Below, piece by piece: positions 46,400 to 54,895 of a stretch of DNA of 64,000 bases. The position numbers were made by a program, and so were the translations under genes. The stretch spans positions 95,943 to 159,942 of the forward strand of contig JBBDYJ010000025.1 of the NCBI GenBank assembly GCA_040901675.1, in the 5' to 3' direction. The DNA is from Pirellulales bacterium (GTDB lineage Bacteria; Planctomycetota; Planctomycetia; Pirellulales; JAICIG01). The notes under the pieces were generated by a model, which was given only the letters and a program-made list of their open reading frames with translations, made no database searches and had not been told where the DNA came from. Within the stretch, counting starts at the first letter, position 1. Each line of letters opens with the position of its first letter.

Positions 46400-48211
46400 T
46401 CAACTCAACTCGACCACCTGGGGAGCCTCCGCCGGCTGGCGCTCCAAGACCGTGTCGACCAGGTAGTACAACAGCCGCCGCAGCTCTTCCGGCTCGACGT
46501 CGTCGGCCACCGCCTCGGCCCGCTCCTGGTACTTGTCCACCAGCCGGGCCGCCTTGTCGAACACGTTGGCCTGCTGATAAAGCTGCCGGATGCGGCCGAT
46601 CGTTCCCTGGGTCACTGCCTTCTCGGCCGCCAGCGATTCCAGCTCCGCCCGCTGTGGCGGTTCCAAGCCTTCCAAGGCCAGTGCCCAGAGCACCGTCGGC
46701 CTGCCTCCCACCACGTCGCCGCCCGACAGGAGCTTGTTGTGGTTGTCGTCCCGCCAGTCGTTCAGATCGTTCAGGATCTGGAAGGCCACGCCCAGGTGCC
46801 GCGCGAAAGGGCTCACGAAGGCGCTGGTCTTGTCGGCCGGCCCCGCCAACCGCAATCCCGCGTACAAGGCGGCCTCGAAAGCCGGCGCCGTCTTCAAGGC
46901 ATAAATCTTCAAGGCATCCAGCGGGGTCAGCCGTTTTTCGCGGCTGTCGCGCCACAGCAGCTCGGCCCCCTGGCCCTCGGACAGTTTCATGTGCGCGTCG
47001 GCCATCCGATCGAGGATGTCGGCCGCCACGTCGGCGCCCAAGGCCGGCGCCTCGCGGCTGATCAGCCGGTAGCCCAGGCCAATCAGGTAATCGCCGACGT
47101 TGATGGCCGTGGCGGTGCCGAACTTGCGGTGCAAGGTCGCGTCGCCGTAGCGGAATTCGTCATCGTCCTCGATGTCGTCGTGGACCAGCGAAGCCTTGTG
47201 GAACGTTTCGATCGACAGGGCCGTCCGCTTCACGGCGTCGGCCAGCGACGCCAGTTTTTCAGCCCCGCCCCCCTCGGTCCCCCCGCCTCCCGTCAGGGCA
47301 TCGTGCACCGCCAGCGTGATGAAGGGGCGCGAGTGCTTGCCCCCCTTCATCAAGAAGTCGTAGGCGATTGCTTCCGTGCCGGCGATCGGGTCGAGTCCGT
47401 CCAGCCCATGTCCGTTGAGCTGGGCCGGCGACGCTCCACCGCGCAGCCGGGGGGCCAGCCGGTTCAGCTCGCACGGATCGAACATGCCCGCCGCGGCCCG
47501 CATCAGGTGCACGTAGCTCTTGGTCTGCACCTGGGACGGTTCTTCGCGGATCTGGATCATGTCGAGCACCCAGTCTTCGTCGACCGACGTGTTGCGGCAG
47601 TCGCTCGACAACAGCGGCACCGCCATGCACGGGATGCCCGCCAGCAGGATCTTGTCGATCGCTTTCTCCAGCACGTTCAAGCACGCCACCCCCACGATGG
47701 CGTCGACGTAGCCGCTCACGATGATCTTCAGCACGATCGGCGAGCCCTCGGCCACCAGCACCTTGTAGCCCAGGTCTTCGGCCCGTGTGCGGAAGTCGGC
47801 GATGCTGCACGCGCCGCACTTGCGGCAGTCGAGCCCAAAATCGTCGTAGTCGGCCGGGCAGCCTTCCGCGTGCTTCAAGCAATGCGGTAGCAGGAACAGC
47901 CGCCGCTCAAAAGGCACCGAGGCCACCTGGTCCGACCAGAAGGCCGTGGCCAAGGCCACCATCGACCAGCCCAGAAAGCCCTCCGGCAGGCCTTGCTCTT
48001 CCAGGGTGGCGCGGGCCACCGCCTCGAGCTCGTCCTTGCCGGGTGGACGCGCCCGGTCCAAGCGGGCGGCCACCTCCGCGCAGCGGGCGCGCAATTGCTC
48101 GCGCAGCTCCTTCGATTCGGGAACCAGCTTCAAATGGCTCGTGTTGCGGCGGCGTGGCTTGGGCCGCACGCTGGGCTGGGCCGTTTGCGATTCAACGGGT
48201 GCTGTGGCCAA
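46400..48211 (-). CDS. DUF116-like Cys domain fused to a trans-polyprenyl diphosphate synthase
   Basis: LLPHCLK, CRKCGACSI, GVACL; GGKHSRP, first Asp motif HDDIEDDD, GQGAEL, KTA, second motif FQILNDLND. Confidence 0.88.
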   Translation of the reverse strand: MATAPVESQTAQPSVRPKPRRRNTSHLKLVPESKELREQLRARCAEVAARLDRARPPGKDELEAVARATLEEQGLPEGFLGWSMVALATAFWSDQVASVPFERRLFLLPHCLKHAEGCPADYDDFGLDCRKCGACSIADFRTRAEDLGYKVLVAEGSPIVLKIIVSGYVDAIVGVACLNVLEKAIDKILLAGIPCMAVPLLSSDCRNTSVDEDWVLDMIQIREEPSQVQTKSYVHLMRAAAGMFDPCELNRLAPRLRGGASPAQLNGHGLDGLDPIAGTEAIAYDFLMKGGKHSRPFITLAVHDALTGGGGTEGGGAEKLASLADAVKRTALSIETFHKASLVHDDIEDDDEFRYGDATLHRKFGTATAINVGDYLIGLGYRLISREAPALGADVAADILDRMADAHMKLSEGQGAELLWRDSREKRLTPLDALKIYALKTAPAFEAALYAGLRLAGPADKTSAFVSPFARHLGVAFQILNDLNDWRDDNHNKLLSGGDVVGGRPTVLWALALEGLEPPQRAELESLAAEKAVTQGTIGRIRQLYQQANVFDKAARLVDKYQERAEAVADDVEPEELRRLLYYLVDTVLERQPAEAPQVVELS

Positions 48212-48223
48212 GGTGAAAGCCTC

Positions 48224-50167
48224 TCACTTGCGGGTGTCAGTCGTACACGCGGTGGGCTGGTTGCCACGCCCCAGGGGCTGGTTGCGGAATCTGGCTGGGT
48301 GGCCGCTTGAGGCAGGTTCTCGGTCGGGCTCGATGAGCGGCCGCACTAACGCCCGACCCAGCGCCGAAACTGTGTGGATCAGCGGATACAAGGCCTCATA
48401 ATACCACAACTTAGCGAAGTAAAAACCAATCGGCGAAGTTTCCCGATGGCGGCCCGCCTCGACCGCCTCGACCAGCCAGCCAAGTCCTTCGTCAATCGCG
48501 GCTTGCAGCCAGGTCTCGCATCCCGGTCCGGCCGCGGCCGCCAAGGCCTCGACCGCCAGGGCCGTTTCCTCGACGCTGGAGCGCCTGCGGCCGGCGTCGT
48601 CGGGCTGGTCGCCTCCCCAGCCGCCGTCCGGGTTCTGGTTGTTTGCCAACCACTTCAACCCCCGCCGCGCCGGCTCGGTTCCGCCGCGGTCTAACTCGGC
48701 ATAGGCCAGCAGCACCCGCGCAGTCCCATAAACCGGGTTGGCTTCGTCGGGATGGTCCTGGTTGCCGAACCAGAGCGGCAGCCAACTTCCATCCGCCTGC
48801 TGCCGTCGGGCAAGGAATTTGAAGCCGCGACTTACGGCCTTCTCGATCCGGGCCCTGCGCAAAATTGCTCCTGGTGGATCGTCCGGCAGCCTGTCGCGCC
48901 AACGTTCCAGCGCGCGCAGCGCGTGGGCCGTCAGGTCGGTGCCGCTGCGGTCGAACGGAAGCTTGCCCCAGCCGCGGCAAAACGTGGGCCAGCCTCCGTC
49001 GCGGTTCTCAAGGTCCAGCAGCCAATCGATGCCCAGCACCGCCGCCCGCTCGACCGACGAATCATCAGCCTCGGCCAATGCCACGAGCGCGCCCGCCGTG
49101 TCGTCGGCATCGGGCACTGCGCCGCTCAGGTTGCTCCAGCCCCAACCGCCCGCCGCCGCGCCGGTGAACGGATGGACCTGCCGGTGCTGGCAGCCGAGCA
49201 GCCACGCCCGGCATTCGTCGAGCGCCTGCACCGCCGCCTCGTCGCGCCCGGCGGCCAGCGCGTTGATCGCCAGCGCGTTGATCGCCAGCGCGTTGATCGC
49301 CAGCGTGGTCACCCAGGTGGCCAGGTTGGTATCGATCGGCCATGAGCCGTCGGGCCTGGCCGACTTCACAAGGAAGTCGATACCCAGCCGGGTGACCGGA
49401 TGCGCCGCTTGCCCGATGCTCGCCAGGCTCATCACCACGAAGCTGGTCAACGGCGTGGCTTCGAGGAAACCGCCGCTGGCCGGCTGCATCTGTTCCACGA
49501 CGCGGAGGCTCTTGTCCAACGCCGCCGTGCGCACGCGGCGCAAGATCGGATTGCCGGGCGGCCCGTGTACGAAGCGGGCCTGCCCGATCGCCACCAGCGC
49601 GGGAATCGCATAACTGACGACCGGCAGCCGCAAGAATCTGAACCAGGCCTGGGGCAGGCAGGCCAGCTCGAAGGGCAGGGGGGCTACTTCGCTCCACGGC
49701 ACCAGGCCGGCCAGCGCGCAGTTGGTGAGGATCGGCACGGCGAACGTCTTGTCCGGGCCATAGCGGCGCTTCAGACCAGCCAGCCCGCCGTGCGCTTCGA
49801 TGTACGCGCCGGCCCGTGCCAGCGATTCCGCTCGTTCGGCCGGATCGCCGGCCAGGTGGAAGGCCGCCCGCACCAGCATGGTGGTGGCGATGTTCGAGCG
49901 GCTTTTGTCGGTGTCTCCCCAACCGCCATCGGCGTTCTGCGCTTCCGCCAGCCAGGCAAGGCCGGCGGTGGTCAGCTCTCCCATCCGCGCCAGATCGTAG
50001 ACGCTCGCCCCGTGGCGGGCCGCCAGGGCCAGCGCGCTGGTGGCGGTGGCGGTGGACAGGGCGGAGCTGGACAGCCGTCCGCTCCAGTGCCCTTCCGGCA
50101 GGCGCTGGGCCACGAGGTCGCGGCGGGCGGTGTCGTAGGCCAGAGCTAGTCTCTCCTGGTCAATCAT
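48224..50167 (-). CDS. Squalene-hopene-cyclase-like class II terpene cyclase
   Basis: GHWSGRLSSS, QW-type repeats (QNADGGW, ENRDGGW, QQADGSW, QNPDGGW), VPDADDT (DxDD), IGFYFAKLWY. Confidence 0.88.
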   Translation of the reverse strand: MIDQERLALAYDTARRDLVAQRLPEGHWSGRLSSSALSTATATSALALAARHGASVYDLARMGELTTAGLAWLAEAQNADGGWGDTDKSRSNIATTMLVRAAFHLAGDPAERAESLARAGAYIEAHGGLAGLKRRYGPDKTFAVPILTNCALAGLVPWSEVAPLPFELACLPQAWFRFLRLPVVSYAIPALVAIGQARFVHGPPGNPILRRVRTAALDKSLRVVEQMQPASGGFLEATPLTSFVVMSLASIGQAAHPVTRLGIDFLVKSARPDGSWPIDTNLATWVTTLAINALAINALAINALAAGRDEAAVQALDECRAWLLGCQHRQVHPFTGAAAGGWGWSNLSGAVPDADDTAGALVALAEADDSSVERAAVLGIDWLLDLENRDGGWPTFCRGWGKLPFDRSGTDLTAHALRALERWRDRLPDDPPGAILRRARIEKAVSRGFKFLARRQQADGSWLPLWFGNQDHPDEANPVYGTARVLLAYAELDRGGTEPARRGLKWLANNQNPDGGWGGDQPDDAGRRRSSVEETALAVEALAAAAGPGCETWLQAAIDEGLGWLVEAVEAGRHRETSPIGFYFAKLWYYEALYPLIHTVSALGRALVRPLIEPDREPASSGHPARFRNQPLGRGNQPTACTTDTRK

Positions 50168-50276
50168 CCGCCGCCGCGCAATGGTGTCGGGTGGAAATCA
50201 ACGGAGCCGCTCACGGCTCGCCAGCTTTGCCGCCCCAACATTGTCAGTTTATGCTGTCGCGCCGGCCCTGTCGAGT

Positions 50277-50285
50277 TGGTATACT
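50277..50285 (+). promoter_or_regulatory. Putative extended -10 element (TGGTATACT) in the divergent intergenic region
   Basis: TGn + TATACT about 55 nt upstream of the radical SAM ATG; motif match only. Confidence 0.3.
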
Positions 50286-50340
50286 GGTCGAGACTTCCCG
50301 CGCCCTCACCCAGCCGCCTTCACCCAGCGTGGACCTGCTC

Positions 50341-51567
50341 ATGTACCTGCGGATGGCCAAACGCCTGCTCCTGGAAACCGACAAGCGGTTGTTGTGGAAG
50401 CTGGCCTACAACATGGGCTACAAGGGGATGCGGTCGGTCCAGAAGTACAAGAGCCGGCTCAAGCGGGGCGAGTTCTTTCCCCCCTTCCTCTACGTCTCGA
50501 TCATCAACAGTTGCAACCTCCGCTGCCAGGGCTGCTGGGTCGACGTGGCGGCCGAGCGGCAGACCATCGACCAGGCCGCCATGCACCGGCTGATCAACGA
50601 GGCCCGCCAGGCCGGCAACAGCTTTTTCGGCATCCTGGGCGGCGAGCCGTTCATGCACCCCGAGCTGCTCGACATCCTCGAAGCGCATGGCGACTGCTAC
50701 TTCCAGGTCTTCACCAACGGCCAGTTCATCACCGGCGAGGTGGCGGCCCGGCTGCGGCGTATGGGCAACGTGACCCCGCTGGTGAGCATCGAGGGGACCG
50801 AGCTGGTCAGCGACGAGCGGCGCGGGCGGGCCGGCGTGCTGTCGAAGACCATGGCCGGCCTGCACAACTGCATCGAGCATAAGCTGTTGACCGGCGTGGC
50901 GACCAGCCTGTGCCAGACGAACATCGACGACCTGTTGACGGAGGCCTGGGTCGATCGCCTGATCGAGATGGGCGTCGTGTATCTCTGGTACCACGTTTAC
51001 CGGCCGGTGGGCCCCAGCTCGAACCCGGAGCTGGCGCTGCGGCCCGATCAGCAGCGGCGGGCCCGGCAGTTCGTGGTCGACATGCGGGTGGCCAAGCCGA
51101 TCGGCATCATCGACGCCTACTACGACGGCGAAGGCCAGGCCCTTTGCCCGGCCGCCACCGGCATCAGCCACCACATCAGCCCCTGGGGCGACATCGAGCC
51201 TTGCCCCATCGTGCAGTTCACGAAGGAGTCGATCCACGACGATCGCCCGCTGTTCGACAAGTTCAACGACTCCGACTATCTCCGCGACTTCCGCCAGTTG
51301 GCCGCCTCCGCCACGCGGGGCTGCATTGTTCTGGAGCGGCCCGATCTGATCAAGGAGCTGGTGATCCGTCACTCGGCCCGCGACAGCACGGCCCGCGGCA
51401 CCGCGCTGGCCGAGCTGGAGGTGATGCAGGCCCGCCCCAGCCAGTACGATCCCGGCCACGAGATCCCCGAGAAAAGTTTTTTTTATCGCTTCGTGAAGAA
51501 GCACTGGTTCAACGATTTCGGCACGTATTCCACGCCGACCGCGCTGACACGAACCCGAAGCGGTTAG
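50341..51567 (+). CDS. Radical SAM enzyme with SPASM/Twitch-like C-terminus
   Basis: CNLRCQGC, GGEPF, FTNG, CPAA...EPCP...GC. Confidence 0.92.
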   Translation: MYLRMAKRLLLETDKRLLWKLAYNMGYKGMRSVQKYKSRLKRGEFFPPFLYVSIINSCNLRCQGCWVDVAAERQTIDQAAMHRLINEARQAGNSFFGILGGEPFMHPELLDILEAHGDCYFQVFTNGQFITGEVAARLRRMGNVTPLVSIEGTELVSDERRGRAGVLSKTMAGLHNCIEHKLLTGVATSLCQTNIDDLLTEAWVDRLIEMGVVYLWYHVYRPVGPSSNPELALRPDQQRRARQFVVDMRVAKPIGIIDAYYDGEGQALCPAATGISHHISPWGDIEPCPIVQFTKESIHDDRPLFDKFNDSDYLRDFRQLAASATRGCIVLERPDLIKELVIRHSARDSTARGTALAELEVMQARPSQYDPGHEIPEKSFFYRFVKKHWFNDFGTYSTPTALTRTRSG

Positions 51568-51848
51568 CGGCGCAGCTTGTTCCACAGCCAAATTGTCGGG
51601 GACAAGACTGCCACAGCGAAGGCGAGTCCTGATAGGCCCCCGAATAGCCAGATTTCCGTCACAGTGCGCCTGTAGCTCCCTCCCACCGGGAGGGCCACTG
51701 CCGCTAAGAGGAAATAAGTTAGGGAAATAGCGGCGACCGCGCCGAACCGCCATCGGCGAGCGCGGGCTTTGCGCAACCCGCCCCTTGTCTTCGGCGCCCT
51801 GTACGGGTTCTCGGACTGGCAGTCGTCTGGCGGGTGTGTCGAGGGCAT
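51564..51848 (-). CDS. Small membrane protein (ENPYRAP motif)
   Basis: NPY.AP motif typical of planctomycete small proteins, plus two hydrophobic helices. Confidence 0.6.
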   Translation of the reverse strand: MPSTHPPDDCQSENPYRAPKTRGGLRKARARRWRFGAVAAISLTYFLLAAVALPVGGSYRRTVTEIWLFGGLSGLAFAVAVLSPTIWLWNKLRR

Positions 51849-51855
51849 GGGCTGT

Positions 51856-52032
51856 TTAGTATCCGGCCCGTTTGACGGAATCCACCGCACGTTGGAATCG
51901 CAGTTGGATTTCTTGCTCTTGTTGGTAGTCGCGGTAACGCCTGACCGCAGACGGCGCCGCCACGCACGCCACGGCCACCAGGGCAACCAGCCAGAAGATG
52001 GTGCGGAGGCGGAATTGGAAGGGGCGGGCCAT
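51856..52032 (-). CDS. Small membrane protein (FQFRLRT motif)
   Basis: MARPFQFRLRTIFWLVALVAV N-terminus typical of planctomycete small proteins. Confidence 0.6.
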   Translation of the reverse strand: MARPFQFRLRTIFWLVALVAVACVAAPSAVRRYRDYQQEQEIQLRFQRAVDSVKRAGY

Positions 52033-52173
52033 TGGGTTCAGCTTAGCGGGCAGAGGCACGCACAGCGAGCTTTAGGAAACCGCGTTGCAGGTCATTCCCG
52101 CAAGCCCGACAACGACAGGTTCTTACATGAAGTCAACTCGAAATTCGCCGCAAAGCATTGATTCACGGAGAAC

Positions 52174-52340
52174 ATGACGCCGGAGCGGCGCGCCCACTTG
52201 AAGCGCACCATCCCGGCCAAAAAGCGACAGGAACTAATCAAGGACATCAGGCTCGCCCCCGCCTGGATGCACCCGATCTTTCGGGAACTCGCCGAGGAGG
52301 ATGCATGAAGCTCAGCTTCCTCGAATTGCCTCCCGACGAG
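52174..52340 (+). pseudogene. Remnant of a type IV (AbiE-like) toxin-antitoxin junction
   Basis: ...RQELIKDIRLAPAWMHPIFRELAEEDA* overlapping (ATGA) MKLSFLELPPDE; recalls a DUF6088/AbiEi C-terminus and an AbiEii N-terminus. Confidence 0.6.
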
Positions 52341-52342
52341 AT

Positions 52343-53338
52343 CTACTCGACGATGCTTTCCGAGTCGGGATCAAACAGCGGCCGATCGTCGGTCCTTGCT
52401 CGGGCAGCGGTGGCTGTCCGCTGGCCGAAGTCGCGGCCGAGCGATCGCGCCTCTTCGGCCGTGAGCCGGCCGTAGCCGGGGCCGTACACGCCGTCGGGTG
52501 GGAGCACCGCTTCCTCGCCGCGGGCCTGGGCCGCGGTGAGCCGGCCATATCCGGGCAGGAACTGTCCGTCCGCCGATTCCATGGCCTCCGCTCGCTCTTC
52601 ATCCCGGGGCAATCGCCGACGCGCAGCGAACCGCCCGTAACCGGGACCGAACTCCGACTCCATTTCCGATGAAGTTCCGTCCTCGAACTCCGCTTCCTGC
52701 CTTGCTCGGGCGGCAGCGGCTGTCCGCTGGCCGAAGTCGCGGCCCAGCGAGCGGGCTTCTTCGGCGGTCAGCAGGCCGTAGCCGGGGCCGTACACGCCGT
52801 CGGGCGGAAGCACCACTTCCTCGCCGCGGGCTTGGGCCGCGGTGAGCTGGCCATAGCCCGGTGTGAATTGCCCGCCCGTATGCACCTCTGCCTCCAGACG
52901 GTCGGCACGGTCGAGCAATTGAGAGTTGCCGGTCACCAAAGCTTCGTCGCGCATCCGATCAATCTGGGCCAGCCGGTGCCGAACGTCCGCGCGGAGCGGA
53001 TCGGGACGCAGCAACTGCCTGTCCAGCGGATGACGCTGGGCCGCCGGCCGGCCGCGTTCGGACCGCTCGCGTGGACTGCCGTCTCGCCGGACGGCCTGCT
53101 CCGGCCGCCGCCAGGCACGCGACCGGGCCGCGTCGCGGGCGACAAGGCCCTGTGCCCGGGCGGCCTCAACCGCGCGTCCGCCACCAAGCTGTGCTCCGGG
53201 GCGAACCGATGGAGCAGCGTGCAGCGACGCGGCCGCCGAGGCGCCAGTCACTCCCCGCGGCGGACCTGGCCGGTTCGTCGGGGGTGCCGCCATGGTCGTG
53301 GAGGTCATGGCTACCAGCAGAATCATGGCTCGGCGCAT
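52343..53338 (-). CDS. Secreted protein with a duplicated ~59-aa PGYG-containing repeat
   Basis: Signal-like MRRAMILLVAM; GQF.PGYG.LTAAQARGEE.VLPPDGVYGPGYG.LTAEEARSLGRDFGQRTA occurs twice. Confidence 0.7.
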   Translation of the reverse strand: MRRAMILLVAMTSTTMAAPPTNRPGPPRGVTGASAAASLHAAPSVRPGAQLGGGRAVEAARAQGLVARDAARSRAWRRPEQAVRRDGSPRERSERGRPAAQRHPLDRQLLRPDPLRADVRHRLAQIDRMRDEALVTGNSQLLDRADRLEAEVHTGGQFTPGYGQLTAAQARGEEVVLPPDGVYGPGYGLLTAEEARSLGRDFGQRTAAAARARQEAEFEDGTSSEMESEFGPGYGRFAARRRLPRDEERAEAMESADGQFLPGYGRLTAAQARGEEAVLPPDGVYGPGYGRLTAEEARSLGRDFGQRTATAARARTDDRPLFDPDSESIVE

Positions 53339-53501
53339 CGGCCTGGCTCCTGAAGAAGAGATGAGATGGGGGGGCGAGAGGATGCCGGAAGCGTTCCGCC
53401 TTGTCAAGATCGGCCGAACAGCAGCAGCCACGTTAGTGAATCCCAGGCCGGCGTCCCGACTGCGGTTGACCGGCCGGCATCGCCGCTGGTACATGCACGC
53501 C

Positions 53502-54893
53502 ATGGCAGCGCCCTGTTCCCTCCATATCGGTCGTCCGTCGCCTGCCGGACCGCCGCTGGGCCCGGCAAAGTGGCGTCTGTCGGCCCTGGGCATGCTGCTG
53601 ATGCTAGCGGGCTTCGCCCCAACCGCGTCGTCGCAAACTCTCGAGATCGAGCAGACTATCCAGGCCAGGCTTGAGAGCCGGCCGGACGATCCGGCCGCCT
53701 GGCGGCTATGGGGACGGGTGCTGGAGCGCCGGGGCGATGCCGATGCGGCCCTGGCGGCGTTCGAGCGTGCCTTGGAGCTGGAGCCGGAAAACACCGCTGC
53801 CGCCGCGGATCTGGCTCGCGTGCTGGCGGCAGGGGGCCAGACCGATCGGGCGGCCCGCTATTGGCGGCAGGCAATCTTGCTCGCGCCCGAGAGCGCGTAT
53901 GCCGCCGAAGCGAGGGCCCGCTTGGACGAGCTCGGGCTCGATAGCGGCGAGGTGATCCAGGCCAGCTTTGAACCCGACTGGCGAGATAACCCCACCAGCG
54001 AGTTCGCCTGGCGCGACAGGCGGCCAGGCGAGCGGTTCTGGGCGCGGCTCGAAACCGGCGCCATGTATAACAGCAACGTGGCCCTGGCGCCGATCAGCCG
54101 CGAGCTCAGTGCCGACGAACGGGCGGGATTCCAGATCTTCGCGGCCCCGGAAGCCGAGCTGGCGCTGCCGCTCGAAAGCGCCTGGAATGCTGCCGCGCTG
54201 TTCGACGGATACTTCAATCTGAACGAAGGCCCGTTCGACGACTTCAACATCCAGCACGTTCGGCCCGGATTTCTGGTTGAACGGCCCAGCGGCTGGCTCG
54301 ACCTGCTGCTGGTGCCCCGCCTGCAATACAACTTCGCCTACGATGCCTTCGCTGGCCGGACCTTGGGAACTCGCCACGCCTTGACCGCGTCGCTGGCCGC
54401 TCATACCGAAGCGGGCCACGTCTGGTTTAGCTATTGGACGATCGACTACAGCGGTTTCCGCGACGATGGCGAGGTGCCGGCGATCACGTCGCTCGACGGC
54501 TGGACGAACACACTCGGCCTGGGGCATGAGCGGCTGATGGGCACGCGCTGGCTGTCGCGAATTCGCGGCGGCCTCGACGTGCAATTGGCCGACCTGGAGG
54601 GTAGCTCGTTCGCCTACGACGGCGTATTCCTCTATGGCGAGACGCGATCGCCGTTCGTTTTCGGCACCGAGCTGGACCTGCAGCTCGGCTGGGGGTACCG
54701 CGACTACCCGCGCTTCGAGTTCGAGCCTGGGCGGAACGAAAACCTGTGGAGCGCCGGCGTCGAGCTGCGCAAGTGGCTCTCGCCGTCGTGCGCAATCAGC
54801 GGGGACTTCCACTACGACCGCTTCGCATCCGCCAACGACCTGTTCGACGCCTCGCGTTACACGGCGGGCGTCTTCATGGCCTACCAACGGTGA
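53502..54893 (+). CDS. TPR protein with a predicted C-terminal outer-membrane beta-barrel
   Basis: TPRs (AWRLWGRVL...ALAAFERALELEPEN), YNSNV, amphipathic strands, aromatic C-terminus GVFMAYQR; start uncertain. Confidence 0.75.
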   Translation: MAAPCSLHIGRPSPAGPPLGPAKWRLSALGMLLMLAGFAPTASSQTLEIEQTIQARLESRPDDPAAWRLWGRVLERRGDADAALAAFERALELEPENTAAAADLARVLAAGGQTDRAARYWRQAILLAPESAYAAEARARLDELGLDSGEVIQASFEPDWRDNPTSEFAWRDRRPGERFWARLETGAMYNSNVALAPISRELSADERAGFQIFAAPEAELALPLESAWNAAALFDGYFNLNEGPFDDFNIQHVRPGFLVERPSGWLDLLLVPRLQYNFAYDAFAGRTLGTRHALTASLAAHTEAGHVWFSYWTIDYSGFRDDGEVPAITSLDGWTNTLGLGHERLMGTRWLSRIRGGLDVQLADLEGSSFAYDGVFLYGETRSPFVFGTELDLQLGWGYRDYPRFEFEPGRNENLWSAGVELRKWLSPSCAISGDFHYDRFASANDLFDASRYTAGVFMAYQR

Positions 54894-54895
54894 CT

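Noticed and set aside
48224..50167. Gene symbol shc (canonical hopanoid cyclase)
   Set aside because: The DxDD and QW motifs show the fold and class only; the context lacks hpn genes, so the substrate is not assigned.
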